From contig NC_087436.1 of NCBI RefSeq assembly GCF_036321535.1, positions 85,004,001 to 85,068,000 of the forward strand: DNA of 64,000 nt, read 5' to 3'. The DNA is from Camelus dromedarius. Lineage: Eukaryota. The translations under genes were made by a program, and so were the position numbers. A model generated the notes under the pieces. The model did no database searches, was not told the origin of the DNA, and was given only the letters and a program-made list of their open reading frames with translations. Positions 1 to 12,900 of this stretch are shown in pieces; position 1 is the stretch's first letter, and each line of letters opens with the position of its first letter.

Positions 1-624
1 CCCAGTGGTCTGGAGGAGTTAACTCATGTCCTTAACCAATTAGCTAAGTCTGAGGAAGTGAGGTTGGCACTGGAATGCATTCTAGAAGAAGAATACAGTA
101 TGTTGGAAAGTTGCCACAGCTTTATTAATGTCATATTACAATTGTATGGAAGCCGCATTAGTAAAATGCCATTTCAAAATCAGATCTGCTCCGTATGCAA
201 TTCCACTCTATTGTAACTAATGGCACAGCAAGGTCATGTGCTACACATGTGACATACCTGTGAAAAGTTTGTCCATGGTGCCTGTCATGTAACAAATGGG
301 GAAGTAATTGCATTGGTGACGGTGATGATTACTATTAGTAATAGTAATTTGTATTTCTCGAGTGTTTATGTGATTCAAAGAACTTGCAGGTATAATATCT
401 CACTTGGGCTTCCCAGCCGCCTTGTGTAGCAGACAGGATAAGAAGTATTCATTTTACAAATGAGGAAACAGTCTTTGGGGGTTCAATAACACATCAGTTT
501 ACAGGGTGAATTAGTAGTAGAGTCAGAACCAGAACACAAGCCTGCAGATGTTGTCTAAAATTTGCTTCTAAACCTGATAGCCACTCCAGTGGTATATTAT
601 CTTCTACCCAGAATGGGTTCTTAC

Positions 625-778
625 TTATGATGCTGATCTAGGTGTCAATATCATATATTCATCACTAGACTCAGTGCTTTTAGTAAGTTGCCTCTTCATG
701 TGGTTCACTGGTGTCCATAGCATAGTGCCGTCTACATTAGAGCCCTGGGTTCTGGTATGTTTGTCAGGGTTCATGCGT
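625..778 (-). pseudogene. Candidate decayed exon (RMNPDKHTRTQGSNVDGTMLWTPVNHMKRQLTKSTESSDEYMILTPRSAS*)
   Basis: Open frame ends with TAA immediately before a GTAAGA donor at 624; the putative acceptor reads CAA instead of CAG. Confidence 0.3.
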
Positions 779-1278
779 TTGAATATTAAAATAGATTTTT
801 ACACTTAGCAAAAAAAAAAAAGAAAAAAAAGAAAGAAAACTTAGAATAATTATTTAGGGATAATTATATCTGATCCACCTACCTAAAAAGTTGGAAATAT
901 CAATGTAAATAACTGTTTAAATGCTTATTTTGGTTAAAATAATATAATTGCAGTTAATTTTTCAACTGTTTCAAGGATAAAATTTAACTCTGGTGTTACT
1001 AGTGGCTATACTAAATATTTATTTTACTCAAAAGCAATATAGAGGTGCTTTGATATCCGCATCCTTTATTATTGTAACTGCTGTTAATAGTGATAGAATG
1101 GTGTCACTCAAATAATTCAGTCCAATAGAGAAAGGCCACCTTAAGTTATCAAAAAATACTTTCAAGTGCCATAATAATAGTTAGATAAGAGATTTTGGAG
1201 ACCCTTAGTGAGTGGATAAGTGAATGGATAAGAATTGGTGAAAATTTCCAAATAGTGGGTGTGAGCCTAAATACCCAC

Positions 1279-1708
1279 CCTTTACTGTAATCTGAGGATG
1301 ACTCACCAGATTTTAACAATCTCTGTATTATTTGAATTTTTTAACAGAATAATTGTGAAACCAAGGGAACTGCTAATTGGTAGAACTTCTGGCTAGATGA
1401 TGAAAGCCAAATGTAGAGATCCAGGCAGTGAGGGAGAAAGAAATTGAGGTTTTGCAGACTGTCTTGTTGCAGTTCCTCACCCCATCACAGTTTGTCATTG
1501 CTCCTTCTTTTCTTCCCCTTCAACTCCACCGTTTGCCTAATATTGCTAAGATTATTATATTGCTAAGAGACGTTTGGGGGAGGAACAGAGGGTGGACCGT
1601 AGCAATGTGACTTCTTTTGAGGACTGGAAGTCAGCTGCACCATGTTTCTGTGCCATGCTTTTTAAAGTCTCGAAACTGCTATCTTCAGAAGAAATTTGTT
1701 TTTGCAGT
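1279..1708 (-). pseudogene. Candidate decayed coding exon
   Basis: LQKQISSEDSSFETLKSMAQKHGAADFQSSKEVTLLRSTLCSSPK, then a frameshift at a local duplication, then about 85 codons with two stops; donors GTGAGT (1306) and GTGGGT (1278). Confidence 0.4.
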
Positions 1709-1749
1709 CTGATTTATAGTATTAATTTGCTTAGTATATCTTGCCTTCT

Positions 1750-1832
1750 TCTTTCCTTCCTTCCTTCCTTCCTTCCTTCCTTCCTTCCTTCCTTCCTTCC
1801 TTCCTTCCTTCCTTCCCTCCTTCCCTTCCTCC
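1750..1832. repeat. (TTCC)n microsatellite
   Basis: Direct reading. Confidence 0.95.
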
Positions 1833-2654
1833 CTCCATTTCTTTTTTAGCAAACAGGGCCAAGTTAAACTGTACCCAGCAATTATCTTCATCACAAATTC
1901 CCAACTAATCTAAAATAATGAGCAATCACAAAACACGGCAAGTAGAATAAAACTCATAATCTGGAGTTTGTTAGGTGCTGTGCTTAAGGAATAAATGAAA
2001 AAAAGCTGAGTTTGAATACACGAATGGGCAAATATGCACACACTCCCATGTGCCGTTCTTTCCCTCATGTTAAGTTGCCATAATCACTCTGAATAGCGAG
2101 GACCCTAGGCTCTGTTGAGCTGTCTCCTCCATCCGCTCCTATCCACACCCACTGCCTGAGTCAGTCCTGAATGTGCACAATAGCCCTTGTTTCCCAGCTC
2201 TCTCTTCTCCCATCCAGCCTCCCACATTGAATTAGCATGATCTATCTAAAACACAGATCTTAACCAGGCATCTATCCACTTGAAACTCTTGATGGCGTCT
2301 CATCACCCTCTGAATAAAGACTGTACATCTTAGAACAGTAAACAAAGCCCCTTTCCAACCTTGCTAAGCTCTTCCCTCCAGACTTGCCTCCATCCTCTCT
2401 CCCCCATAGTAAGATTTCTCACTGTCACTTACCTGGGCATCCTGTGTACCTTCTGACCTCTGAGCCCTCTCTCCTGCATTCGCCTCTGCCTGGAATTCCT
2501 CTTTGTCTTTGCTCTCCTGAGCTGCCTTCTCAAAGGCAGAAGTAATCATTTTCTCTTGCATTTTATGTAATATAAAACATTGTACTTTATTATAACACCT
2601 AACTTATTATTGTGTTAGTTTTGTTTGCTTTTCTATACTCCAACTTAAGAAACA

Positions 2655-3605
2655 TATTCAATATCTTGTAATAACCCATAATGGAAAAGAATCTGAAAAA
2701 GAATATTTATTTGTATGTATAACTGAATCACTTTGCTGTACACCAGAAACTAACACAGTATTATAAATCAACAGTACTTCAGTTTTTTTTTTAAAAAGTA
2801 AACTGTGAGAAAAAAAAATAGGGATAGCTATGTCCACTAATCATAAGGAAAATGCAAATCAAAACCACAATGAGCTATCACCTCACCTCTGTTGGTATGG
2901 CCATCAATAATAAGAACACAAATAACAAGTGTTGGAGAGAATGTGGAGAAAAAGGAACCCTCGTACACTGTTGGTAGGAATGTAAATTGGTGCAGCCACT
3001 GTGGAAAACAGTATGAAGGTTTCTCAAAAAACTAAAAAATAGTACTACCATATGACTCAGCAGTTCTACTCCTGGGTATATATATGAAAAAAACAAAAAC
3101 ACTGCAGTTCACAGCAGCATTATTTACAGTTGCCAAGATATGGAAGCAACCTGTGTGCTTATCAACAGATGAATGGATAAAAATGATGCAGTGTGTATAC
3201 ACACACACACACAATGGAATACTACTCAGCTATAAAGAAGAGTGAAATTTGCCATTTGCAGCAACATGGATGGACTTGGAGGGCGTTATGCTAAGTGAAA
3301 TAAGTCAGACAGAGAAAGACAAATACTGTATAATATCACTTATATGTGAAATCTAAGAAATACCACAGACTAATGAATATAACAAAAAAGAGGCAGACTC
3401 ACAGATATAGAGAACAAACTAGTGGTTATGAGTTGCAGGGAGGAGCAGTAGGGGTGGGGGCATGGGAGGCACAAACTACTGGGTGCAGGATAGGCTCAAG
3501 GATGTATTGTATAGCATGGGGAATAGACTCAATATTTTGTAATAGCTGAGAATGGAAAGTAACCTTTAAAAATTGTAGAAAATGTTTTTAAAAATTTTAA
3601 AAAGA
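2655..3605 (+). mobile_element. Two tandem 5'-truncated LINE-1 fragments (a 3' end, then ORF2 C-terminus plus 3' UTR)
   Basis: L1 motifs ATGCAAATCAAAACCACAATGAG, GATGAATGGATAAA and TATAACTGAATCACTTTGCTGTAC; A-rich tails. Confidence 0.85.
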
Positions 3606-4049
3606 GACAGCTACACCTAGTTAATGTTAAGCCATGAAATGATTAAATTTGCCCAGTGAGACAGTATGAAGTGAGAAGAGATCCAAAAGCCAGAACTCAG
3701 GAAAAGCCTATATTCAAGAAAAAAAGAATCAGAATGTATTGAGGTGTAATCAGAGAGACAAGAGGGGAAGCGGAAGAAAAGGCTGACATAGATATCAAGA
3801 GAGGTGTGTCAGGAGGATCTGGTCACTAGGTTGGATGCTCTAAAGAAACAGGGTGTGGTTGAGTTTGGCTTTTAGAAAGCTGTTGGTGATCTTTGATGAG
3901 GGAATTTAGTAGAGTAGAGGAAGGGGAAGTCAGGTTGTCCATGGTGAGTAATTTTGGAGGAATTAAGAAGCAGAAATGCAAACTACTCTTTCTAGGGTTT
4001 GTGGCAGGGTAGAGAAAGAGAGCTGGAGCTAGTGAAACAAAGTCCAGAG

Positions 4050-4566
4050 TCCAGCCATGCTTGTGGGCTGGGGAGTGTGAAGTCACAGTTGTAAACTGAC
4101 TGGAGTTATCATTCACAGCATTGTATGATGGCTAAAGTGGGTAATTAGATTGTGACAAGTTGCTTTTTGTTGGGAACTGAGGTGTGACCCTGGTAAATAA
4201 GACAGAGTTTGTTTTGTCACCTGAAAGATGGCTTTGAGGGGAAATTTCAAGGTAAAGTTCCAAAAAAGCATTTTGAACAGTAACTTTTTTGGAAAGGACA
4301 TATAGATTCTTAGGATGAATTTGGAGAACAATATTTGTGTGTATAAGTTCTGATGTCCTGGCAGGAAGAGATATAATTATTTCCATCTTATAGGTGAAGG
4401 CAGAGGTACAAAGTATTTTGGTTATCTTCCCTCCAAAGTCTGGCCTCTTAAGGCTGTCCTGGCCCTCTTTGCCTGTGAATATTGAGAAAGTCCTTGTTTG
4501 TATATGTTTTTCTACATTTACTACTAATGTGGGTAATACTGTCCAGTTTGAAGGCACAGAGATCAT
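4050..4566 (-). pseudogene. Candidate decayed large-exon segment
   Basis: ORFs 4132-4566 and 3826-4116 are in the same frame, separated by a single TAG; unique non-repeat sequence. Confidence 0.3.
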
Positions 4567-5949
4567 CTGGGTAGGGGTTGCTTGACTAGTTGCCTAGGCA
4601 AGATGTCAGAGATTGGCGTTACCTTGATGAAATCACCGGACTCCCAAGTCTAGTTTTGTGACCCAGGAACTTCACTTTCTCAGCCTACCCAAAAATGCAT
4701 CTGACCCAAGTGGTCTGATTAAACTAACATCACTTTCCAAATTATCAGTTTATGATGGGCACATGACACATGCACATCTGCCCTGGGGAAGTTCTTCCTG
4801 ATTTCACGATATCTTAAAGCCTGTATGGACATAAGTCAGTTGGTTGTTCTGTGAGCACAAAGTCAGAGCAAGGAGAGAGTGATGGTATGGCTGGAAGCTG
4901 AATGAGTCGTTTCTAACTCAGAGCAGGGCACTGCCCTTTAGTAAGTATATTTATTTTCCTTAGGTTCTCCCCTGAATAATGTTAGTCGGATGAACACTGC
5001 AAACTTTAGTTGTTCTCACCCCCATTTCTGTATTTCCATGTAGACCACCCTCTCTTACTGCAACATTCTTTACTAAGAGATGTTAATATCACACAGATAA
5101 ATTCTCTTTCTGTTTTTGGTCAGGAATCCTTTTGATTTGTTTGTTTGTTTTTTAATTTGGCTACCTTTGGCCTAGGGGCTAATGTTTTTAAATCAGATCA
5201 GTTCTTTATCCCTTTTCCCTACCTACAAGGTACTGCCCGCACAGACATGGCTTGGTCTGAATGGGGTAACTACCACAGCTCCTTGCCAGCAGTTACTTTT
5301 AAAACTTTAATTTTGCTTGCTAAGGTAGCTATAAAAACACTGCTGGGGAAAATTTAAAAAATAACATAGCACTATTCCCCATAAGCTATTATCAGAGATT
5401 CTGCTCATTTATGTTTTGCTCCTATATTGGTTTGTTCTCCAAAAAACTCCCTTATGAAAACCTGGAGATCCTTGGACCACAAGCTCAGCTGCAGTATAGC
5501 TATTCAGGTTCTTAATACACTTTTTCCTTCGGGATGTGTTTTCCCAGATCCTATCTGCTGAATTCTTTATTAACTTGCTATTAAATGTCTTTATATTTAT
5601 TTGGCTTATTTATCCATGACTGAAGACCATACTCTCCATTTGCAGTTGGTGCTCATTTTGTTTTGACTGAAACATTTTTTTAAAATTTCTTGATTTATAG
5701 TGGATATTCACCTATTCCTCAAATTATAACCTCATCTATAATGCAAACATAATACTAGTACCAATTTGTATTAGATTTTATCCATGAGTTCAGTCTCATA
5801 TTACCTTCAGGCTTCCAATCACCTATGTTCTTTAGTTCCAAAGACAGGGAATTTTTATTGTGTTCTAGGAGTTAAGAAACTCTACTATCAAGTGAGAATG
5901 ACTGGAAACCTTCCAAAATTCTAACTCATGTTCCTCCTCCACAGCCCTG

Positions 5950-6285
5950 GGGGATTTCCGAGTGGCATCCTGGCAGGTGCTGTCAGTGCTTCACCCAGAT
6001 TCCTCCCTTGCCACCCCCGCATGCACTAGCCCACTTCCAGCTGCCAGTATCAGTGTCTCTTTGCCCGATGCCTGTTTCAGAGCCTTGTGTGGTGTGTATT
6101 ATACCATTTGTTTCTAGCAGCGCTAAGCTCTAGTTGCCCACAGTAATGACTGGCTTGATAACACACCCTTTACTGCTTCCTTCTTTCCCCTGTCCCACTT
6201 CCTCATCCCTGACAGTGCTTTCTGCATCTCACAAATAAACTGCTTTCATTTCAGTCCTTGTCTCAGGGTTTGCTTCTAAGGTGAG
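5950..6285 (+). mobile_element. ERVL-class solo LTR remnant (LTR16/LTR33-like)
   Basis: AATAAACTGC...TCCTTGTCTCAGGGTTTGCTTCT 3' LTR motif. Confidence 0.55.
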
Positions 6286-7029
6286 ATAATGGAGAAGAGG
6301 AAATGTCCCAGTCATAGGACCAATCAAATCCAGAAGTTACAGTTGGTGAACTGTAATGGACATAGTGGTTGGTACTTAATAATAATTGCTTTTCAGGTAA
6401 TCACTGCTTGTGGTCCTCCTCTAAAAGAGTGCCCAATCCAGTTGGAGAGGCTGACATATAAACCATGAGACCTGAGTGCCATGTAGTTAGTGCTGTAGGG
6501 AAGTGTGAGAAACTTCCTGTGGGAGAATAGAGGTGAGGCAACAGTTCAGCAGGGTGGGATTAGGGGTGAAGGAGGGGTTTCAGAGAAAGCTTTATTGATG
6601 GGGGGCATTAGGTAGGGAAGTTGGAAAAGAGCATTTTGAAAGGAGGAGAATGAACACAGAGAGAGCAAGGAAAAGAGTTTTGAACGAGCCAGGAATACTG
6701 TCACGGTGAGTGGAACAGTGGGCTAGAACACAGGGTGTTGGGGAGCAGTGACTGGGATGAGATGGTGAGAGGACTTAAATGTCATGCTGAGAAGAGATGG
6801 CCTCATCCTGCAAGTGCTGGGTAACGTGATCAGATCTTTGTATTAGAAATCTTGTTTCCGGATGTATGTGGAGTAAGTATGGGATATTTAAAGCTATTCT
6901 TAGAGCTCAGTTTGTGTAGATGGGACAGTAGAAAATGAGTGGTTAATCATGTGGAGTGCCTTTATTTGAACATCAGCCCTACCACTTACTAATTGTGTGA
7001 TTAAAATAACTAGCATTTATTTTTAAATA

Positions 7030-8750
7030 TTTTTTATTGAAGTATATTTGACATACAATATTATATTAGTTTCAGGTATACAGCACAGTGATCCAGCATT
7101 TGTGTACATTGCAAAATGATCGCCATGATAAGTCTAGTTACCATCTGTCACTGTACAAAGTTAATACAGTATTATAGACTGTATTACACATGTTGTAATT
7201 TACATCCCCATGACTTATTTATTTATAAAGAGGAAGTTTGTACCTCTTTATCCCCTTAACTCATTTTGTTACCCCCAACTACCCTCTACTCTGGCAGCCA
7301 CCAATCTGTGTTCTGTATCTATGATTCTGGGTTATGTTTTGTTTGTTTTGTTTTGTTTTGTTTTTTATACTCCACATGTAAGTGAAAACATGTGATATTT
7401 GTCTTTCTCTGACTGACCTATTCACTTAGAATAATACCCTCAAGTTCTATTCATGTTGTTGTAAATGGCAAGATATCTTTCTTTTTCATGGCTGACTAGT
7501 CTTTCCTTCCTTCCTTCCCTCCTTCCTTCTATCTATCTATCTTTCTATCTATGTAACTATCTGTCTATCTATCTACCACATTTTTGTTACTCATTCAGCC
7601 ATCAATGGACACTTAGATTGTTTTTATATCTTGGCTATTGTAAATCATTTTGCAATGAACATAGGGTTGCATGTATCTTTTTGAATTACTATTTTTCTTT
7701 TCTTCAAAGAGATACCCAGAAGTGGAATTGCTGTATCATATAGTAGTTATATTTTTCATTTTTTGAGGAAACCCCATATTGTTTTCCATAGTGATTGCAT
7801 CAATTTACATTCCCACCAACAGTGCATGAGGGTTCCCTTTGCTCCACATCCTCACCAAAACTTGCTATTTCTTGTCTTTTTGATAATACCTATCCTTCAC
7901 AATGTTCCCTGTACCCTTGAGAAGAATGTATATTCTGCTACTTTTGGATGGAATGTTCTGCATATATCAAGTCCATTTGATCTAATGTGTTGTTTAAGGC
8001 TGATGTTTCCTTACTGATTTTCTGTCTGGATGATCTGTTTATTGATGTAAGTCCTGTACTACTTTTTTAATTAATTTTTTTTAATTTTAATTTTTCAGTA
8101 TTTTTGGAGGGAGGAGGTTACTAGGTTTACTTATTTATTTTTTTAGAGGGGGTACTCAGGATTGAACCCAGGACCTTGTGTGTACGAAGCATACACTCTA
8201 TCACTTGAGCTATACCCTCCCCCAGTTCCCTGCTATTATTGTATTGCTATCAATTTCTTCCTTTAAGTCTATTAATATTTGCTTTATATACTTTCATGCT
8301 CCTATGTTGAGTGCATATATATTTATAAATGTTGTGTTTTCTTGCTGGACTGACCCCTTTATCCTTATATAATGTCCTTTGTCTTTTATTACAGTCTTTG
8401 TTTTAAAATTCTTTTTTTTTTGTCTGATATGAATATACCTACACCAGCTCTGTTTTTATTTCTATTTACATGGAATATCTTCCTCCATCCCTTCACTTTC
8501 AGTCTCTGTATGTCTTTACTTCTGAAGTGAGTCTCTTGCAGGCAGCATATAGATGTCTTTTTTTTTTTTAATTTCTTCAGCCACTTTGTGATTTTTGATT
8601 GGAGAATTTTGTCCATTTACGTTTAAAGTAAGTATTGACAGGTATGTACTTACTGCCATTTTACTATGTTTTCTGAATGTTTTTGTAGTTCTCTGTTCCT
8701 TTCTTGTTTCTTGTTTTATCTCTTTCCTTGTAGTTTGAGACTTTCTTTAG
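7030..8750 (-). mobile_element. LINE-1 fragments (3' UTR/ORF2 end and ORF2 endonuclease start) with an internal (TCTA)n and a SINE
   Basis: ORF 8389-8616 SICCLQETHFRSKDIQRLKVKGW is L1 ORF2 endonuclease; antisense L1 3' UTR at 7030-7890. Confidence 0.9.
8106..8223 (-). mobile_element. tRNA-derived SINE (camelid vic-1-like)
   Basis: Reverse strand GGGGAGGGTATAGCTCAAGTGATAGAG...GGGTTCAATCC with Pol III A/B boxes and an AT-rich tail. Confidence 0.8.
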
Positions 8751-10640
8751 TGAAGAATAGTTAACATTTATTGAATGTACTGTGTGCCTGGCACAGTTTT
8801 TAGTGCTTACATATACTCAATTATTAAGTCACAACCTACAGTTTCTTCATCTGCACAATGGAGATAACATTATTTTATATTAAGAAGATATTATTTTGTG
8901 ACAATATTTTCTGTAGCTGCCTTGCAGAATAGTTACTTAAATAAGTTTATTTGTGTAAACTTCTTATAACAGTGCCTGGTACATAGCAGGTAGCAGGTGC
9001 TGAGTAAATACTATTGTTCTTATTATATGTGCTCCTCTGCTCTGAGACGAGTTCATATAAATGGGAATCTATGATTTTGCCTAAGTTCCCTTACATCTGA
9101 GTTCAGACATTACTGAACAGCATTCCTGGCAGGCACTTGCCCTAGTTGAAGGGCAGGTAGGAGGCTGATATGGTGCAATATCGCATAGCCTTACTTCCCT
9201 TATACAGCTGTAAGAATTTTTGTCCACTGAAAAAGCCGTTCAATGTAGACCAGACCCTGTGGGGAGCTGTTCTTTAGTGGAGGTGCTGAAGGAGTTAGGA
9301 TACGTTGTTCAGCTGCCAAGGCACCTGAGTAGTGTTTTAGATCTTAGAATCCAGGAGGAAAAACAAAATAAAACAAAACAAAAAATAAAACTGGCAATGA
9401 GTTCCATGATCAAGATGAGAAGCAGTATCTGTCTGATGCACCTGACTCCAAAAAAGCTCTGCTCTGCTCTCTATGGAGCTGTCTGTAGAGACTCCAGTAA
9501 GCAAATAAGGAGTGGCCCAGCCCAGGGAGAAGATTCACACAGCTTCGATTGTCTGTGAAAAGGGCTGCTGAGTTTCCTTCTGGAAGGACCTTACTCCTGA
9601 AGCTTTAAGTTCTTGTTCCTAGTGCCCCAGTTGAATCAGCTATGGCATCTTGATGGACAGTGGGGAATGTGGAGTAAAAAGTAATTGAGTTTCTTATACA
9701 GACAGCTTATGAAATTGCAGACTCAGAATTATGAATGTGGGCTTTAGGCTCCATGATAATTTTGGATTAGAAATCAACTTCCAAATTTCTGGAAACAAAT
9801 GAGGTCTGGAAAGAGAGAGGTGTATTGATACTGTGATTTAATTTTTATATTTATAGTTTAAGCTAATTGGAACTCTTTCAGAAAAGCATTGCATGACCAT
9901 GCTGCTTGCTTCTATGTATCCTTCCTGATGTTTGTCCTTTTCACTGAGTCTTCCACCCTGAGGCAAGCAGAAGAGGAGGAACTCAACTTTCTTAATAAAA
10001 CATGATGAACTTGAGTCTTAAGAAGTTTCATGTCCACAAGGAACTTCTGGGCCATTTTCTGGTTTCTTTAAAACAGTGAGAGAGGACTATCTGCCCTTGA
10101 TTGTGCCCATATATAACTATTGATAATCTCACTACATATTCTTGTCTCTTTCTTTTGTGTGTGTGTACTATTGACATCCAATTATATATGCTGGTCTGAA
10201 ACCTGTTCACTTAAAAAAATACATCACATTATAAAAATAACTTTGACATTTGCCAAATTTAACATTTTAAAGGATAGGTGTGAGATATCATTTTGCAGTT
10301 TGTGCTCCCTTGTGCCATGTAGGCAATAAGTGATATTTTGGTCTACACTCTGTAGTTCACTTTTTAAATTCAGACTTCAGCATCTTTTCAAAATAATATA
10401 TATAAAACATTTTTTGTTTGTTTTGCTATGACAGAATGCAATAAAAGAGAATTCACTTGTGTCTACAGCCTAGAAATTAAATTACTGCTCTTTACTATCC
10501 ATTTGGTTAATGTGTTTCTTATATTAGGTAAAATCTGAAGCATTAAGCAGGTTAAGTATCAACTAAGGAAATAACATTAGCCACTATTATCATCAGTGAG
10601 ATAAGAAACATACTTTAGAATACCTTCATCCTAAACATAC

Positions 10641-10740
10641 CAGTGATACCAAATTACAAGAATAAAGAATATTCAGCTTTTCACCACATAGCATCAGAAA
10701 CCATCTGACCCGTTGCCCCTCTGGAGAGCATTTCTAAGTC
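10641..10740 (-). pseudogene. Candidate decayed 100-nt exon
   Basis: CTAAT branch-like site, tgtttatag acceptor and CTG|gtatgt donor; one frame has a single stop (T*KCSPEGQRVRWFLMLCGEKLNILYSCNLVSL). Confidence 0.35.
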
Positions 10741-10859
10741 CTATAAACAATTAGATAGCCTCACAGACGTTCAGAGTAAAACGCTTATTACAAAATCTGT
10801 TTAACAAGTGGTGAGACTGTCAGTTTATGCATTAAAAAAAATCTTTATGTATCCTATGG

Positions 10860-11030
10860 TCTTCCTACTCAAAGTGTGAACCCTTAACCAGCACCATTGA
10901 CATTACCTGGGAGCTTGTTAGACTGCTGAATCTTGGGCCCTACTCTAGATAGTCTGAGTCAGAATCTGCATTTTAAAAAAGTTCCCTGACTCATTCATAT
11001 GCCTATTAATTTGAAAGGCATTGCACTGGG
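10860..11030 (+). mobile_element. MER5-like hAT-Charlie DNA transposon remnant
   Basis: ACCTGGGAGCTTGTTAG...TCAGAATCTGCATTTTAA motif; a similar copy in the opposite orientation at about 11940-12100. Confidence 0.7.
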
Positions 11031-12396
11031 GAGATAAAAACATAACTGAGGGAAGGTTTTGAAGGCTGAACCTATCTAATTGTAGAACTTAAAAATGCTC
11101 CCCAGATGAGTGAAAGAGAGAGTCAGGTGTCTCCTCCCCTTTTACTGCATTGATTCTCCATGTAGTGAAGTCTGCTGCCTGGTGTTGGAGGTATCAGGCT
11201 GCCTCTGTTTGAATCTTGCTTTACCCTTTTTATAACTTCTCTGTACCTCAGTTTCCCCACCTGTATAAAAGTAATCGTAGTATTTCAAACAGTTGTGAAG
11301 ATTAAATGAATTAATATTTTTGAGGCTCTCAGAACAGTGCTTTGCATATAGCAAGCACTCAAAAAGATTCATTACTGTCATTATCAAGGTCTGAGATTTG
11401 TAAGCCACTATCTTAAAATCTCAAGTCTTCCTCTAAGGCTGCTGCTGACAGAATGATCCAGAGATAAGGCCGGTCAGCTCAGAGAACGTGAGTTAGATGG
11501 GTTTGTCTGAAACTCCTTTAAGTAAGGTCTAGGCCTGGCATAGGACTGCCAGTTAGTAGCTTAGTGCCGAAGGGTAAAAGTCACAGAAGATTTTTAACCA
11601 ATTCCCTGAAACTTGATTATCTTTACTTTGTAAAATAAGCCTCTTGAGTATAGTGAAAGCCCACTGTTAATCTATCTCCTTATTATGTAATCTGGTATCA
11701 TTGATGGAATAAATTCTGGCATCTCTTCATTCTTCTCTTTACCCTCTGCAAATAATTGTAAGTAGAGTTAAGATGATAGACTGAGTGAGATGGAAATGGC
11801 AGAAACCTGATTCCATCCTTCACCAACTATCTAGAAGAGAGTAATGTGCCAGACCAAGGACTACTTGGTCAGCTAGAGATTTTGGTCTCTAATTCCAATA
11901 TGGAGCCCTGGGGTATAAGGAGGAGTCCTGTTGCCTAGGTCACCACTTCTTAAATTTTAATATGCAAATAAATCACCTAATCATTTTGTTAAAATGCAGG
12001 TTCTGAGTCAATCTAACTGGGTAGGGCCTGAGATTCTACATTGCTAACAAGTTCCCAGGTAGAGTCAATGCTGCTGATCCATGGACCACCTTCTTAGTGA
12101 AGTCTAAGCTGGAACCAGTCTAAGTAGGTCAAAAGGATTCTTCTGCACCTGCTTGCCTGAGCCCTCACCTGAATCTTGGCCTTTTACATAACTAGTTCTC
12201 ACCCCTTGCTCCACATTATAATCACCTGGGATCTTGGTCCCCAACTCCAGATATTCTCATTTGATTAGTTGGAGTTTATGGAAGAGAACCAAAAAGGAAG
12301 ATGTCAGAAAGAGATGATTCTGGGAAAATCTGGACTTCTCACTCCCCTGTGTTAGCAGTGAAATTCCTCCTGGGCACTGTGATACAATAAAATAAC

Positions 12397-12549
12397 CTTA
12401 TCCTTGACCTTGACCAGATTTGGAGTAGAGAGTCAACAAGAATGCGGATCCTTGAGCTTTTCATAGAGGTGAATAATAATTGCATGCAATCAGCATGGAT
12501 GTTAAACCATTTTTTAAAGCAATTCCAGAGTGTTTTTCAAAATGTAATA
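12397..12549 (-). pseudogene. Candidate decayed 153-nt exon
   Basis: tgtttcag acceptor and weak AAG|gttatt donor; 50 codons with one stop (ITF*KTLWNCFKKWFNIHADCMQLLFTSMKSSRIRILVDSLLQIWSRSRI). Confidence 0.3.
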
Positions 12550-12729
12550 CTGAAACATGTTCTTGGGAGAAAACTAAGTTCAGAAATTTTGGAATGCTGT
12601 TTTGCTGTGACAAGGGGACAACCAAGTATGTATTCACTTGAGATAAAACTGTATAAATGTGTGATCCTTTTCTTTGAGGACCTTATGCTCTATTTAGGAA
12701 GATAAGACCAATACATGTGTGCAGTAGAA

Positions 12730-12900
12730 GCAGGTCTGGGTTGCCCAAAACCTGTACATGCCAAAGAAAGCCTGTCTCTATGATACTGGACCTTGGCTAC
12801 CTCCTAGGAGATAACCTCTGATCCCTTAGGATATCCTGCCTGATAACAGTATCTTTATCTTTGAGGCTTGGCCCTACGTTAAGTCCAATCCAGAGCCCTC
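12730..12900. mobile_element. LTR remnant (MER21-like)
   Basis: CCTAGGAGATAACCTCT...ATCCTGCCTGATAA motif. Confidence 0.45.

Noticed and set aside
1574..1894. ORFs with PSFL/EGRK repeats
   Set aside because: Extended by the (TTCC)n microsatellite
4589..4602. X-box-like GTTGCCTAGGCAAG (and GTTGCCTAGGTCAC at 11930-11943)
   Set aside because: Imperfect matches with no promoter context; plausible by chance
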